From Takakia lepidozioides (Eukaryota > Plantae > Bryophyta), in the NCBI GenBank assembly GCA_030704615.1, contig CM060734.1:52514001-52578000 (forward strand): DNA of 64,000 nt, in the 5' to 3' direction. Position 1 is the first letter of the stretch. Every line of letters starts with the position of its first letter. Of the stretch, positions 25,287-37,700 are shown one piece after another. A program made the translations under genes and the position numbers. Under the pieces are notes generated by a model. It searched no databases, was not told the origin of the DNA, and worked only from the letters and a program-made list of their open reading frames with translations.

Positions 25287-25984
25287 GGCTCCTCCTCTAG
25301 TGTCTCTGACTGATGAAGAGATATTACAGAAAAACCCCGCAGCTGAAGCTAAGATGAGATCGCTGCTCGAAAGCAACCCATGCACATGGCACAGGCGATG
25401 ACCAAGAATGAGAGGAACAGCAGCTCTGGCGGGATTCATATACTCGCTACACTAGCTCGGTAGGTGGGGATGCGATCCCTCTCACAGAAGCCGGGTCCAC
25501 AGCCATCTCCATCAGATCAGAAAATGCGTTTGGCATTGCCAGGACCCAGATTTTTAGTCTGAAAATATAGGGATTAAAAAATATATATATATATATATTA
25601 AAGAAAGTCCCCTCTGATCTTTTTCTTTTCTTATGTTTTTTCCAAGGAAACACCAGCCCCAACAACTGGGGCTTAAGGGGGAAAATAAACCATTTCGGGC
25701 CCTGTAGACAAACAAACAGGGACGGTGCCCCAGCCCAAACTCAGGGAGAGACAGCATAACTTACAGGGGTTTGAACCCCAGACCCACAGGCCGACTCATA
25801 GACATGCAGATTTTTATACTGGTATAAGATCTCTAATAAAAATGATAATAAAAATAATTGCTGTTGAGTTAAATAATTCGAAAACCGGCGATTATACTGG
25901 GAAAGGATAAGTATTAGTCATTCGAATACATAATATTCCAGGAATCTCATCCTAGATTCCCACAGAATATGCTTGAAAAAATCT

Positions 25985-26490
25985 AAGAGTAGATTGACAC
26001 CTTATCCTCACGCTTCGTCTGCTACGGCTGCAGACAGCGACCTGAGTAGTGCATTGCATCTTGCAGGCATGATTAATGTGGATGCACAACCAAACACTTT
26101 TTGAGACTGAGTTGTGTTTTGAAACTTACTGTATTATCTCTGCAACCATTTCATTTAAGGTCAAGCTTTGATAGTCGATGCTAAAAACATTTTAGAAACA
26201 AACATACTTACTAATTTGGGTTCCAAGCTTCTCCGTCCTTTTCACCCACTTGTTGTTGAACCACTCCCTAAAATGAGGTTAGAATTTAGAGTACTAGGTT
26301 TCGTGCAATTAATGCAAGTCCAAGTGATCATCAACTTCAGTATTCTTTCTTCCATCTCCCTTCCTAATTCTGTAGGAGGCCGAATGGCAAGGCTTGTGCT
26401 TACTGTTGTTCCGATTGACATGATCGGAAAAAACCCACCTGCTGCGTCAAGTGTTTTGCAATCATTTCAAAGAATTGTTCACATTAGAAG
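25985..26490 (+). mobile_element. Possible highly degraded piggyBac-type transposase C-terminus
   Basis: Broken frames give IDTL....YGCRQRP and LAGMINV, then about 100 codons later HLPS*FCRRPNGKACAYCCSD*HDRKKPTCCVKC..ISKNC. These resemble the piggyBac VDTLD..C.R..RWP..GMIN block and the Cys-rich tail. Confidence 0.35.
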
Positions 26491-26589
26491 TTCCCTCTCT
26501 CAAGTTTTAGGCTCGCACAATTCAGTCTCTCACAAATACCTCTCCCTTGGCGTTGGTCTTTCTTCATGTCTGGTAGCTGACCGAAGCCT

Positions 26590-26830
26590 ATTCTCTTCTT
26601 TATTCTAGCTTCTTTGGACAGCAGATATTTTCAAAAACAAGATCTAGATCAGATCGGGAGGAACAATTCTCTTCATTATTCTAGCTTCTTTTGGATATTA
26701 GCAGATATTTTCAAAAGCAAGATCTAGAGAACAGGAGGAACAATTCTCTTCCTTATTCTAGCTTCTCTGAACAAGGAGCAGCACATATTTTCAAAAACAA
26801 GATCTAAAGATCAGGATGAACAATCTGGAA
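26590..26830. repeat. Degenerate tandem repeat, about 75-bp unit x3
   Basis: Repeated TTATTCTAGCTTCT..GCAGATATTTTCAAAAACAAGATCTAGA..GGAGGAACAATTCTCTT. Confidence 0.8.
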
Positions 26831-27386
26831 TATAGAGAGGAACGGCTTTTGTTATAAGAGTAAGTTATCAATGGATCGAGACAGGTTTTATGGAATACCG
26901 GCGAGCAGATGCTACTCGATATTCTGTATTGGATTGAACTCTCTTTGATCAATCTGCACATTGCCACTGATCTATTTGTAGCCAGCATTAATCAGATTCA
27001 ACCCGGTTTCTGCCCATTTTTCCGATTTTTACCTTCCTTTGTACAAGTAGCTGACTCATTTTCCAGGTCTAAATCTGCCGATTTCTCGCCAGAAAGAAAA
27101 CACTGGAACTTGAGATCAAGGAAACCAAATTTAACAAAAAGAGGAAAATCATTAATGAATGAATTCAATTTAATCTAATTTACTGAACCGTCATCAATTA
27201 AATTTTGCCCCAATTGGAGAGTGGATGGTAAGGAATCGGGAGAAGCAAAAAGTAAACCAATCGTGCAACAGAAAGTAATTCCATAATTAGGCTGAAAATA
27301 TCTAGAGGGCCTACCGAATGCTTCTCCTTCCTTATCGGCGAAGCTTGATATCATCGACGGAGGCTCGAGGGGAAGGCGTTGCCACG

Positions 27387-27397
27387 AGTATATAAAG
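27387..27397 (+). promoter_or_regulatory. TATA box of SPH-B
   Basis: GAGTATATAAA about 130 bp upstream of the ATG; conserved in the paralogues at about 43322-43332 (-) and 54736-54746 (+). Confidence 0.65.
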
Positions 27398-27519
27398 CCC
27401 GCCAGCTGCTGTTCATTTCATCTCATCGCACAGGTGCCTGATCTGTGTTTTGCTTACTGTGTGTTATAGCAGTTGCATCTCCCCACCAGAGGGGGAGGGT
27501 AGCAGCTAGAGCAGGATCC

Positions 27520-27930
27520 ATGGCTGAGTCGAAGGTGAATGCCGGGTTGCAGGTCCACATAGTTTGGGTGTTCCTGGTGATGATACTAATGGGGCAGGTA
27601 CACTGTGATGACAACGTGAACATAGTCAACAACCTGGGGATAAGCCTTGTAGTCCATTGCGCCTCCAGGGACAGTGACTTAGGCTGGCAGACAATTTCTC
27701 CGGAACAGACTTGGGGTTTCGGGTTCACACAGAACATATGGGGAACCACATTGTTTGCATGTGATTTTCAGGCCAATGGCTATCCAAAAACTCATATTCC
27801 TGTATGGGCAGGTACCAGTTACACTAAGAAATATCTCTGGTTCTGCAGTGAGTGCTTGTGGACTGTTTCTTCCAGTGGCATGGAGTTGAACGATTTTGCT
27901 TACCTCTACAACTGGGGTGCACAGTCATAA
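27520..27930 (+). CDS. S-protein homologue (SPH), subtype B, 136 aa, secreted
   Basis: Signal peptide; VHCASRDSDLGW, FGFTQNIWGTTLFACDF, CSECLWTV..G, YNW. Confidence 0.9.
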   Translation: MAESKVNAGLQVHIVWVFLVMILMGQVHCDDNVNIVNNLGISLVVHCASRDSDLGWQTISPEQTWGFGFTQNIWGTTLFACDFQANGYPKTHIPVWAGTSYTKKYLWFCSECLWTVSSSGMELNDFAYLYNWGAQS

Positions 27931-28803
27931 GGTAATTGTCTTACCAGTGTACATAGCAGTTTCTGTAGTAGCAGTCACTGAATGCGAAATTCTGTTCTTT
28001 GTAATCTATGGTCCAAGTATGTGAGTCCAGTTCTGGTTGTTCAGAAAACTAATTGAACCCGTGCAATGTGCTGACGGGTGTTGACAACGATAATCGCAGC
28101 TGCAGACAGAAAAGTTTACTACTCAGCTGCTGCTCTGCAAGTGACGGTCCCTGCGGTATGACCCAGCTAGTATTATGGGTCTGAGATGAGTCGATTAATA
28201 AAACTGTTATGTACAATTCAAGCTGGAAAACATTTTGGCCCCACTTGAAATGTTTTTGTGCATAGTCTACAGACATACAAAATGATCTGTATGCAACTTG
28301 TAACCTTTTTCTTGGAGCCTGATTTGTATGCAATGGTGTCTTGTGCTTCCAAAATGAAGAATGTGTCTGCAACAATATAACCTGCGCTAAAATCAATACT
28401 TTAAAATGCATATCTGGACCTTGGCATTTCACATGTCCACACTCCACACCATTTAAAACCAAATGTTTTACACACTTGGACCCTCAGATAATAGTAATTC
28501 TGTGAGAATTGGCCAACTCTGCTTTGAACCACCCACCACTTACTTGCAAGACCCTAGATCTGGCCTTAAGTTAGGCTAGATCACGTTTCACTGCAAATAA
28601 AAATTATACTAACGTTTGACATTATCTAGAATTAGAAGGACAGCTGGCCCTGGCCATCGCCTCCTTCCTTATAGTTGGGCTTGGCCATCATGGGTGACAT
28701 CCAACAGACACGTATGTGGCTTTGAACCCAGGACCACTTATAAGGGGGCTTTGCATAGTAACCATTAGGCTGTTCAATGGATGCTTCATCCATTTGCATA
28801 ATA

Positions 28804-30772
28804 TGTTGGAAGATCAAACTAATAGAATAGAAACGTACAACGAAGAAGGAAACTTGCAGCTACCTAAATACTGTATACAGGCCCAGAAGAGACGGCCCCA
28901 AGGAGATCTGAAGCTAATTAAATAAAGCAGATACCAGATCTGCCTACTTGGTGGTGCACTAAATTAACCGCCAATAATAAATAGTGATGAGCTGGTCCTA
29001 CATTGAATGAGGCGCGCCGGAAGAGTATGAAGAATTCAAACACCCCCTCTCACACAACCATCAAACAAGCTTCTTGTCTTTCATCAGCTGTTCTAGGCTT
29101 ACCAAGCCAAGAGCATTTGGGAAGAACTAAACTTGTGTTTACCTACTAGTTGATGGTTTGAGGATAAGTGAGCGAGATCGACTTCCCTATTGAGCACCTT
29201 CTCACAAATGTAACGATAGTGCACTTCTATGTGCTTAGTTCGGGCATGAAGCACACGATTGTTAGCAATTTTAATGCTGCTGGTATTGTCACACCATAGC
29301 CGAGTTGCCTCCCCGAAAAGGAAACCCAGTTCCCTTGATAGGTTCTGCAGCCACATTGCTTCTTTGCCTCCTTCAGTTAATGCTCTGTACTCCGCTTCTG
29401 TAGAGGAAAGAGCAACCGTTGGTTGTTTCTTACCACTCCAGATAATAGGCATTCCTCCCAATCGAAAAACATAACCAGATGTAGACCTTCGCCCTTCTTG
29501 ATCCCTAGCCCAATCTGCATCAACAAAGCCATCTAGCATACAATTACCATGAGCCTTGAAGAACAAGCCTAGATCAGTTGTGCCCTTCAAGTAACGGAAG
29601 ATGAGCTTGACTGCCTCCATGTGAGGTTTTTGTGGTGCTGCCATAAATCGACTTACCAAACCAACTGCATAACAGATGTGATCTGGCCTTGTGTTTGTCA
29701 AATAAATGAGTTTATCCACCATCTTCTTGTAAAGAGAAGCATCTGCAGGTTCAGCTTCCATATTCGTCAATAATTTGAGGCCTTCCACTATCGGAGTTGA
29801 ACATGGACTTCATTCATTGAGGCCTAATTCTTCGAGAGTTGCCTTTACATACCCTCTCTGTGTCATGAATATGCCATCGCTGAAGTACAAAAATTCAAGA
29901 CGCAAGTAGTGAGCCATGTTACCCAACTGTGACATCACGAAATGCTCAGCAAGTTGATTGGAAAGCCAATCAATCTTTTGGGTATGGCTACCTGTAAGAA
30001 GAAGATCATCAACGTAAATCATAATGTATAATAACCTTTCCGTCTTCATGGAAATAATAAAGATTATGATCAGCTTCACTCCACGTCAACCCTCGACCTC
30101 GAAGATAGATGTCGATCTCTTCATACCAGGCTCGAGGAGCCTGTTTGAGCCCATAGAGCGCTTCTTCAACTTGCACACTTTCGCACCTTGTTTAGAATCA
30201 ACAAATCCCTCTGGCTGTAGCATACATACTGTAAAAGATCTGACTCTCTCTTTTCTTTGTCCAACTATGACAAAATTTCAGGCGCTTTGCTTGGTTTGCT
30301 GTTCACAGGGAATTTACCAAAACTCCAAGGAAAACTGATTGCTCGGGATTTTGTTTCAACCGGACTCTCATCTATATCTGAATTCCAGCCAAGGCCCTAT
30401 TCTTATTCCACTTCCCTCATTTACAAATTCACAGATCGATCAAGTGATCGTCACTCCTACTCTGGCCTGATTCCTTGTTCAAAAGATCTCCCTGTCAACC
30501 TATGTACTCATCTCATGCCATTCTATCTATGCACAGTACTGGACTACGATGTCCAGTCCGCCCCTCCACCACACCGTGCATCAACACATTCTATCACCAT
30601 AGACCAGTGCAGATCGATTCTTTTTCTTCTTCTCACGACCTCTTTTTCTGCTCACCAAAAAGCGCAGCACCGGCTACGTCCGGTCTGCCCAGCCACCACG
30701 CCATGCTACGCTAGTTTTCTGTCAATACAGATCTGCTCTAGATGCCTGTACACCATCATTCTTTTCTCTTTT
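28804..30772 (-). mobile_element. Ty1/copia 3' half (RT/RNase H plus 3' LTR 28804-29042), 5'-truncated
   Basis: IYVDDLLL, TRPD..YAV, DADWA..RRSTSG, VALSSTEAEY, HARTKHIEV; PPT GAGAGGGGG; LTR TGTTTG..CCAACA abutting the end of the duplicated SPH unit. Confidence 0.9.
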
Positions 30773-33193
30773 ATGGATCTTCCATGTTGGAGGCAAATCC
30801 AACTCATAGGCCACTGCGCCATGGCGTTCCAGGATTTTAAACGGACCACAAAATCTTGGTGACAACTTATAACACTTGCCTAGTGTTAGATTGCTTCTTT
30901 TAGGTGTAACTTTCAAAAACACCATATCACCAATGGCAAATTCACGAAAAGTCCTACGCTTATCAGCAAAGAACTTGGCCCGTTCTTGTGCAGCCTGCAT
31001 ACTACGCTTCACGAGATCTAGGACAGAGTGGATCTCTTTGATTCTGTCATTCACGCTTTGCACATTTGATGGTGGTGTGATAAGCGAAGCAGGAGCTAAG
31101 CAATCTCGTCCATATAAAGCTTCAAATGGGCTCATGCCAATGGCACTGTGGAAATGCTTGTTATAAGCAAATTCCACCATATACAGATATTGTTCCCAAG
31201 AGGACTGTCTTTCACCAACGTACATTCTCAACATATCTTCAATTGTATGGTTGGTCCTTTCTGTTTGGGCATCTGTTTCTGGGTGAAAGGCCGTACTCAA
31301 TTTCACCTTGGTTCCCAATTTCTTAAACAAGTCAATCCAAAAATGACTTGTGAACTTTGAGTCCCTGTCACAAATAATCTCCCGAGGCAGACCATGGATC
31401 CTGAATATCTCTTTCATGTACAAGGATGCAACATCAGATGCCGTAGCACTCATCCTTGTAGGTATCAAGTGGGCTATCTTAGACAGCCTATCTACAACCA
31501 CCATGATACTGTCATGGCCACTTCTGGTCCTGGGCAATGCCACAATGAAATCCATACTAATGGACTCCCAATTCCATCCAGGAACAGATAATGGTTGTAA
31601 TAATCCAGGAGGTCTGACTCTCTCTGACTTCGAAACCTGACATGGGAAACATTTCTGCACATATTCTTTAATTTCTCTCTTCATACCCGGCCAAAAATAA
31701 TGCTTCCGTATTGACCAATAGGTTCTCTGAAAGCCCGGGTGTCCAGAGATTGGAATATTGTGACTGTCATGAATAATGCGCAATCTCAAGTCTGGAATCA
31801 GGGGAACACAAAGCCGACCATTATAAAATAACACCCCATCTCTCAAGAGGTATGGCCGGTACTTCTCTTTCTCAATAGAAGTTCTCTGATCACAAGACAA
31901 ACTCTTTAATGGCTCTTTGAAGAATTCATCGACCTCATACTGACCTTTAATGTCTTGAAATATAGTGCTACTGACGCATGAGACAACATTAACGTGTAAT
32001 GGTCTCCTAGAAAGTGCATCAGCAATCACATTTTCTCTCCCTTTGACATACTTTAGGTCATAATGGAATTGCTGAAGCAGTTCTGACCACTTGATCTGCC
32101 TCTGACTCCAATGAGGTTGCGTGGTCAAATATTTTAAACTCTGATGGTCAGTCTCTATCACAAAATCAACTGGAAGCAGGTAATGCCTCCATATCTTCAG
32201 AGCATGAACTATCGCCAATAGTTCCTTTTCATGAGTGGGATAATTCTTTTCTGTTGGACTGATCTTTCGAGATTCATAGGCAATCACTTGCCTATCTTGC
32301 ATCAGCACAGCTCCAATAGCAAGATCACTTGCATCAATACACAGTACTATTGCTCCCTTCGTAGGATCGAGCAATTTCAGTACAGGAGCATGTGTTAAGG
32401 CATACTTCAACTTCTCGAAACTGTTATCACAATCTCTTGTCCAAACATCCTTCAAGCTTACAGGACTCGAGTCCTTAAGCAGGTCAGTCAATGGGGTTGC
32501 AATCTGTGAAAAAGATTTAACAAACTTCCGTAGGAAGCTAGCAAACCCAATAAAGCTCCTGACCTCAGTCTTATCACTTGGTTTAGGCCATTCAACCACT
32601 GTCTGGACTTTCTTAGGATCAATTGAAATTCCATCTTTGGAAATACAAAATCCCAAGTAATCCATGTGGTCTACAAAGAACTCACACTTGCTTCTCTTAG
32701 CAAACAGGTGGTTCTCTCTTAGTATGTCTAAAACCAAGCGTAAATGCAGTTCATGTTCTTCCTCAGACTTCGAGTATATTAGTATATCATCCATGTAGAC
32801 TAAAACCATCTTCCCCAAATATTTCTGGAACAGAGGGTTCATCAGATAAGTAAATGTTGCTGGAGCATTTGTGAGCCCAAATGGCATCACCAAGAATTCA
32901 TAATGACCAAAACGAGATCGAAATCCTGTCTTTGGTATATCAGAATTCTTGATCCGTATCTGATGATATCCAGACCGAAGATCAAGTTTTGAAAAAACTT
33001 GACTCCCATATAGATAGTCAAACAAATCGTCCACACGAGGTAAAGGGAACTTATTCTTGATGGTGACCTTATTCAACCATCTATAGTCCACACACAGTCT
33101 CAAAGTTCCGTCTTTCTTCTTCTTAAACATTACAGGGGCACCCCAAGGGCATTTACTTGGACGTATATACCCCTTTTCCAACAAGTCATCGAT
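30773..33193 (-). mobile_element. Ty3/gypsy (chromovirus-like) RT-RNase H-integrase fragment, open frame, truncated at both ends, no LTRs
   Basis: [47 protein letters not shown] integrase, SMDF..DRD, FHPETD, GPF. Starts abruptly at IDDLLEKG and ends at WKIH, before any chromodomain. Confidence 0.95.
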
Positions 33194-34770
33194 TACATGC
33201 ATTTTTGTAGACAACAGGATCTCATTCAATGTGAATTCTGTTAAGCTCTGGGACATGATAAATTACCTCAATCGATATTTTAAAATTACAACAAGAGCAG
33301 CTTACTATTACGTGGAATTGCACATTTTCAGAAACAAAACCGCACGGTTGATTTTTGTCAACCAGGAGCGATACATTGTTCACATTATTCGTCGGTTTGG
33401 TTTGCAAGATGCAAACACTGCATTGACACCAGCAGATCACATTCTCATTTGAGTATGGAACAAGATGGAGACGGTGAGGCCTTCGGAGAACCTTACAAAC
33501 AGGCTGTAGGTTGCTTAATGTTTGCAATGATCGCAACCAGACCTGATATCGCCTATGCTGTAAGCGTAGTTGCAAGATATTCACAGAATCCTAAGAAATC
33601 ACATTGGACTGCGGTCAAAAGGATCTTCCGCTATCTTAAGGAAACTAGTGACTACGGACTCTGGTACGGAGGAGTGGGTCAAAGTCATGTTCTCATAGGA
33701 TTCTGCGATGCGGATTTTGCTGGTGATATGGATGATCGTAGGTCCAGGACTGGGTACGTCTTCATGCTTGGAGGTGGTGTGATTGCATGGTCTAGTCAAA
33801 GACAAGTTTGCACAGCAAGCTCCACCACCGAAGCAGAATACATGTTTGCATGTGTAGCAACGAAAGAAGCTATCTGGCTTAGGAGACTGCTAAAGAGTAT
33901 TGGCATTGAGCAGCAGGGAGCTACTACTCTTTTCATGCCAAAGTGCTATTCGACTTGTGAAAAACCCACAGTTTCACAAAAGAACGAAGCACATTGATGT
34001 GCAGTTCCATTTTATCCGAGAGAAGTATCAAGGGGGTGACATTGACATTCAGTTTGTGGGCACGAAAGACCAAGTTGCCGACATCATGACAAAAGCTCTT
34101 CCGAAAGATGCTTTTCAGTCCTTCAGATCGTCTATGGGAGTAAGGCGAAAAGAGATCATACAGAGAAATGATTATCCGAGAATTGTGGTTGGTACTGATC
34201 AGGTTGCTGGTTGCAATCGGTTGCTACTGATCAGTAGACTTGAGGTTTTGTATCCATGAGTGGGAGTGTTGAATGAATTACATGAATACAAAACACTTCT
34301 ACATGGGGTAGGATCAACGAGCAGTATCTTAGGGTTCTTGATTTGACCACAGTTAGATCTAACTAGTGACGTTGATCATCCCGATGCTTCTGCAGGACGT
34401 TTGGTTCTTGAAGACGTTTCGTCTTCCATACTTCTTGGTACATCTAGTTCTTAGTGTATGCAGGTAGTAAGTGTTGTAGATCCTTAGAAGTGAGATAGAT
34501 ACTCTAGCTGTAAGAGCTTCTTGGTGTTGTAGTCGATAGTGGCTTTGATTACATATGCAGATATAGATCAAGTAAGCTCCTTGGTGTTGTAGTCGATAGT
34601 GGCTTTGATCACATGCAGATATAGATCAAGTAAGCTCCTTGGTGTTGTAGTCGATAGTGGCTTTGATCACATATGCATATATAGATCAAGTATACATTTG
34701 ATATAGCTTGAGGACAATTTACTGATGTACTTGATGTACTTGATGTACTAGGAAGTAAGTTTTTTCAGCA
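33194..34770 (+). mobile_element. Ty1/copia 3' fragment (RT end, RNase H, PPT, 3' LTR 34267-~34770)
   Basis: IFVDN, TRPDIAYAV, CDADFAGD..RRSRTG, SSTTEAEY, HKRTKHIDV; PPT TGAGTGGGAG followed by a TGTTG..CAGCA LTR. Confidence 0.9.
34515..34692. repeat. About 58-bp tandem repeat x3 inside the LTR
   Basis: AGCTCCTTGGTGTTGTAGTCGATAGTGGCTTTGATCACATATGCAGATATAGATCAAGTA repeated three times. Confidence 0.9.
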
Positions 34771-37700
34771 GCATCATACTTACTGGTTCACAATCCAGAG
34801 TACCATCGTCGAACAAAGCACATAGACGTTCAGTACCATGTCATTCGCTAGAACCAGGTGAAGGGAGAAATTGACATTCAGTATGTTCACACGAACGAGA
34901 TCAGATTGCCGATATTCTTACGAAGGCTCTTGGTCCAGACAAGTCCCTTCTTTTTCGCTCCATGCTTGGGTTGCATTCCCCAGCAAGCAATCTCTGTGCA
35001 AGCGATCTTTGAAGCATGCATGGAATGACGGACTGAGTGTGAGTGTTGAAATCGAAGATCCAGTCCGTCATTGACATCTGGACCGTGCTGGTCGGATAGT
35101 CATAGTCAGTATTGGACGTTTACAGTACAGCTTATAGTTAAACACTAGATTACGTATAGCTTGTAGTTAAATATTTCATTAGGTTTAGTGACAAGTTACT
35201 ATTCATTTGTGCTACTACTTAGTGTCTTCTTTGATTGGTTTCGATGCTTCTTGATTCTTACGTTAGGTGTTCATGCTTGGTAGTCTCTGCAGGGTTTTGA
35301 TATTGATGCCTGGTAGTCTCTGCTAGGTTTTGATGTTCATGTACTTTGATTGTCTACTACTGCACGATGACAATTGATTAGTATTAAACATCTGATAAAG
35401 GACTCTGCAGTAAATGTTTTGCTAACATTGTAGACAGTTTCCTTGAATGCTCTTGATTGATAGCTCGTTCTAGAAATTCAAAAGGTTATGGGCCCACTTC
35501 CATAGAGTGAACTAGAATTTTAGTGTCAAGTTTGTTGCTACTGTGCGTACATGTAGTACATGTAGTGTGTCAGCATTCGTCTCAGTTTTAGCATTGTTTT
35601 TGAACGGAAGATCGATGGATCTTTCACGAGAGTTGAACAATATTGAGCGGTACTGTGGTGATGATTTTCACCTCTGGAAAATGCAAATGCGGGCTATATT
35701 TGTGGCCAAGGATCTAATTGAAATCGTCGAAGGTGAAGAAACCGAAGAGGCCAGTGATGACAAGCGGGCATGGCGGAAGCGTGATAGTATTGCTGTCAGC
35801 CTCCTCTATCTGGGAGCGCTTAAAGATTAACCATGAGCATAAGGCATCCGAGAATGTTCAGTCTCTGTAGACAAAGTTCTTCCTATCGAAATTATCATAG
35901 GGACAAGATATTGCTTTTCATATTGGAGAGCTGGAGTCTATCATCCGTCATCTTAAAGACCTTGGAGATCCCGGATTCAGTGAGAGTCAGTTAATGACCA
36001 AGCTTATCATCAACCTGCCTAGGAATTATCGACATCTCAAGACTGCTTGGGATAGTGTACCGGATGAGAAAAAGACTCTTGAGATGCTCACACTGCGCAT
36101 CCTCAAGGAGGAAACAGCTCTCAAAGAAGATGAAATAGAACTACACGCTTTCTATGCTCACAAGAATAGTGGACAATCTGGAAGCAGCGGGAGTAGCAGA
36201 CAGTTTGGAAGCGGTGGGAGTGCCGGACAATCTGGAAGCAGTGGGAGTGCCAGACAGTTTGGAAGTAGTGTGAGTGGTGCAAAACCATATCTCACACCCG
36301 AACAGAAAGAGCAACGGCGACTTCACATTGAAAGTCTTAAGCAAAAGACACGTTGCAGAAACTGTGGTGAAGTCGGTCACTGGCACCGTGAATGCAAGCA
36401 ACCTAACAAAGAACAGGCTCCCAAACCTGAATCATCGAAACATCATGCGTTTATGGCTCACCTGAGCACGGAGACCTCTAACGATCCTACAAACGTTTGG
36501 TTTGCTGATAGTGCTTGTTCACAACACATGACAGATAAGAGACACTGGTTTAAGAATCTAAAACCGATAGATGGACCAGGATGGAGAGTTCATGCAATCA
36601 AAGATATCTCTACTGCTGTTGTGGCTCACGGTGACATTGATGTACGCATGTTTGTAAATAATGAGTGGCACACGAGAGTTCTGCATGACGTGCTTTACGT
36701 TCCAGATTTGCGGAGAAATCTATTTTCCATTGCTTCAGCCGCACAGAAAGGTATCATTTACACAATAGACAAACATGGCTGCACTCTTAGTCATCGTGGA
36801 GAAATCATCATGACTGGATTACTTACTGCAGAGCACATGTATGAATTGCAAATAGAGGTTATTGTGAATCCATCGACAGCATTAATTGCTAACACCATTG
36901 GTGTTCCTACGAAGGTGGACTGTACCCAAAGTATCACTACGTGGCACAACAGACTGGCTCATCTCAATCATGCAATGATTAAGGAGATGGAATCTAACAA
37001 ATTGGTTGACGGCCTCATCATTTCTGGTGAGAGAGACAAAGAATTCTGCACTGGCTGTGTACTTGGCAAAAGTCATCGTTCACCATTCCCTGTGAATCAT
37101 ATTCGTGACAAAGCCACGACACTGGGATTCTTGGTTCACATGGATATATGTGGTCCATTTCCTCTTTCCCTAGGAGGTATGAGATACTTCATACTTTTCA
37201 AGGATGATTGCTCCGGATACCGTATCCTCTATTGCATGAAGTCTCGCGATGAAGCGCTTCTTTGTTTTAAGCGTATGTTTCATACCACAAAGAGAGAGAG
37301 GGGTAATTCTATCAGTATTCTCAGGACTGATCGTGCACGAGAATTTCTCAGTGACGAGTTCAAGAAGTTTATGAATGATGAAGGGATTCACCATGAATTA
37401 ACCACAACATATACACCCGAACAAAACTCAGTGGCAGAACGTGACAATCGGACCATCGTCGAGAGTGTTCGAAGTATGTTACATTTTAGTGGCATGCCAA
37501 TTAAATTCTGGGGTGAAGCTGCCTATACTGCAGCATATGTTCTCAATCGCTCGGAGACACGTATGATCAACAATGCTACACCGTTTCAGATTTGGACGGG
37601 CACCAAGCCATCTATTGCTCACTTGAAGATATTTGGCCGTGAAGGCTATGTTCATATTCCAAAGGAATTAAGAACCAAGCTCCAACCTAAAAGTAAGTCC

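Larger units (their letters stand above)
27173..28803 (+). repeat. Segmental duplication unit carrying SPH subtype B (copy 1)
   Basis: Near-identical to the inverted segment at about 41905-43540 and to the direct segment at about 54645-56765. Homology stops at the copia LTR at 28804. Confidence 0.92.

Noticed and set aside
25287-25439. Longer N-termini of SPH ORFs in the ORF track (25439, 27445, 44079, 49216, 54783, 58372)
   Set aside because: Most use non-ATG starts or overlap the TATA region. The downstream ATG is positionally conserved and directly precedes the signal peptide.
28049-28817. ORFs recurring in the SPH-B flanks (28049, 28632, 41895, 42188, 42355, 56047)
   Set aside because: Frames are broken differently in each copy and show no domain motifs; these are duplicated non-coding flanks.
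34515-34692. Tandem repeats here and at 26590, 22447 and 62265 as CRISPR-like arrays
   Set aside because: The units are contiguous with no unique spacers, there are no cas genes, and the context is eukaryotic TE DNA.
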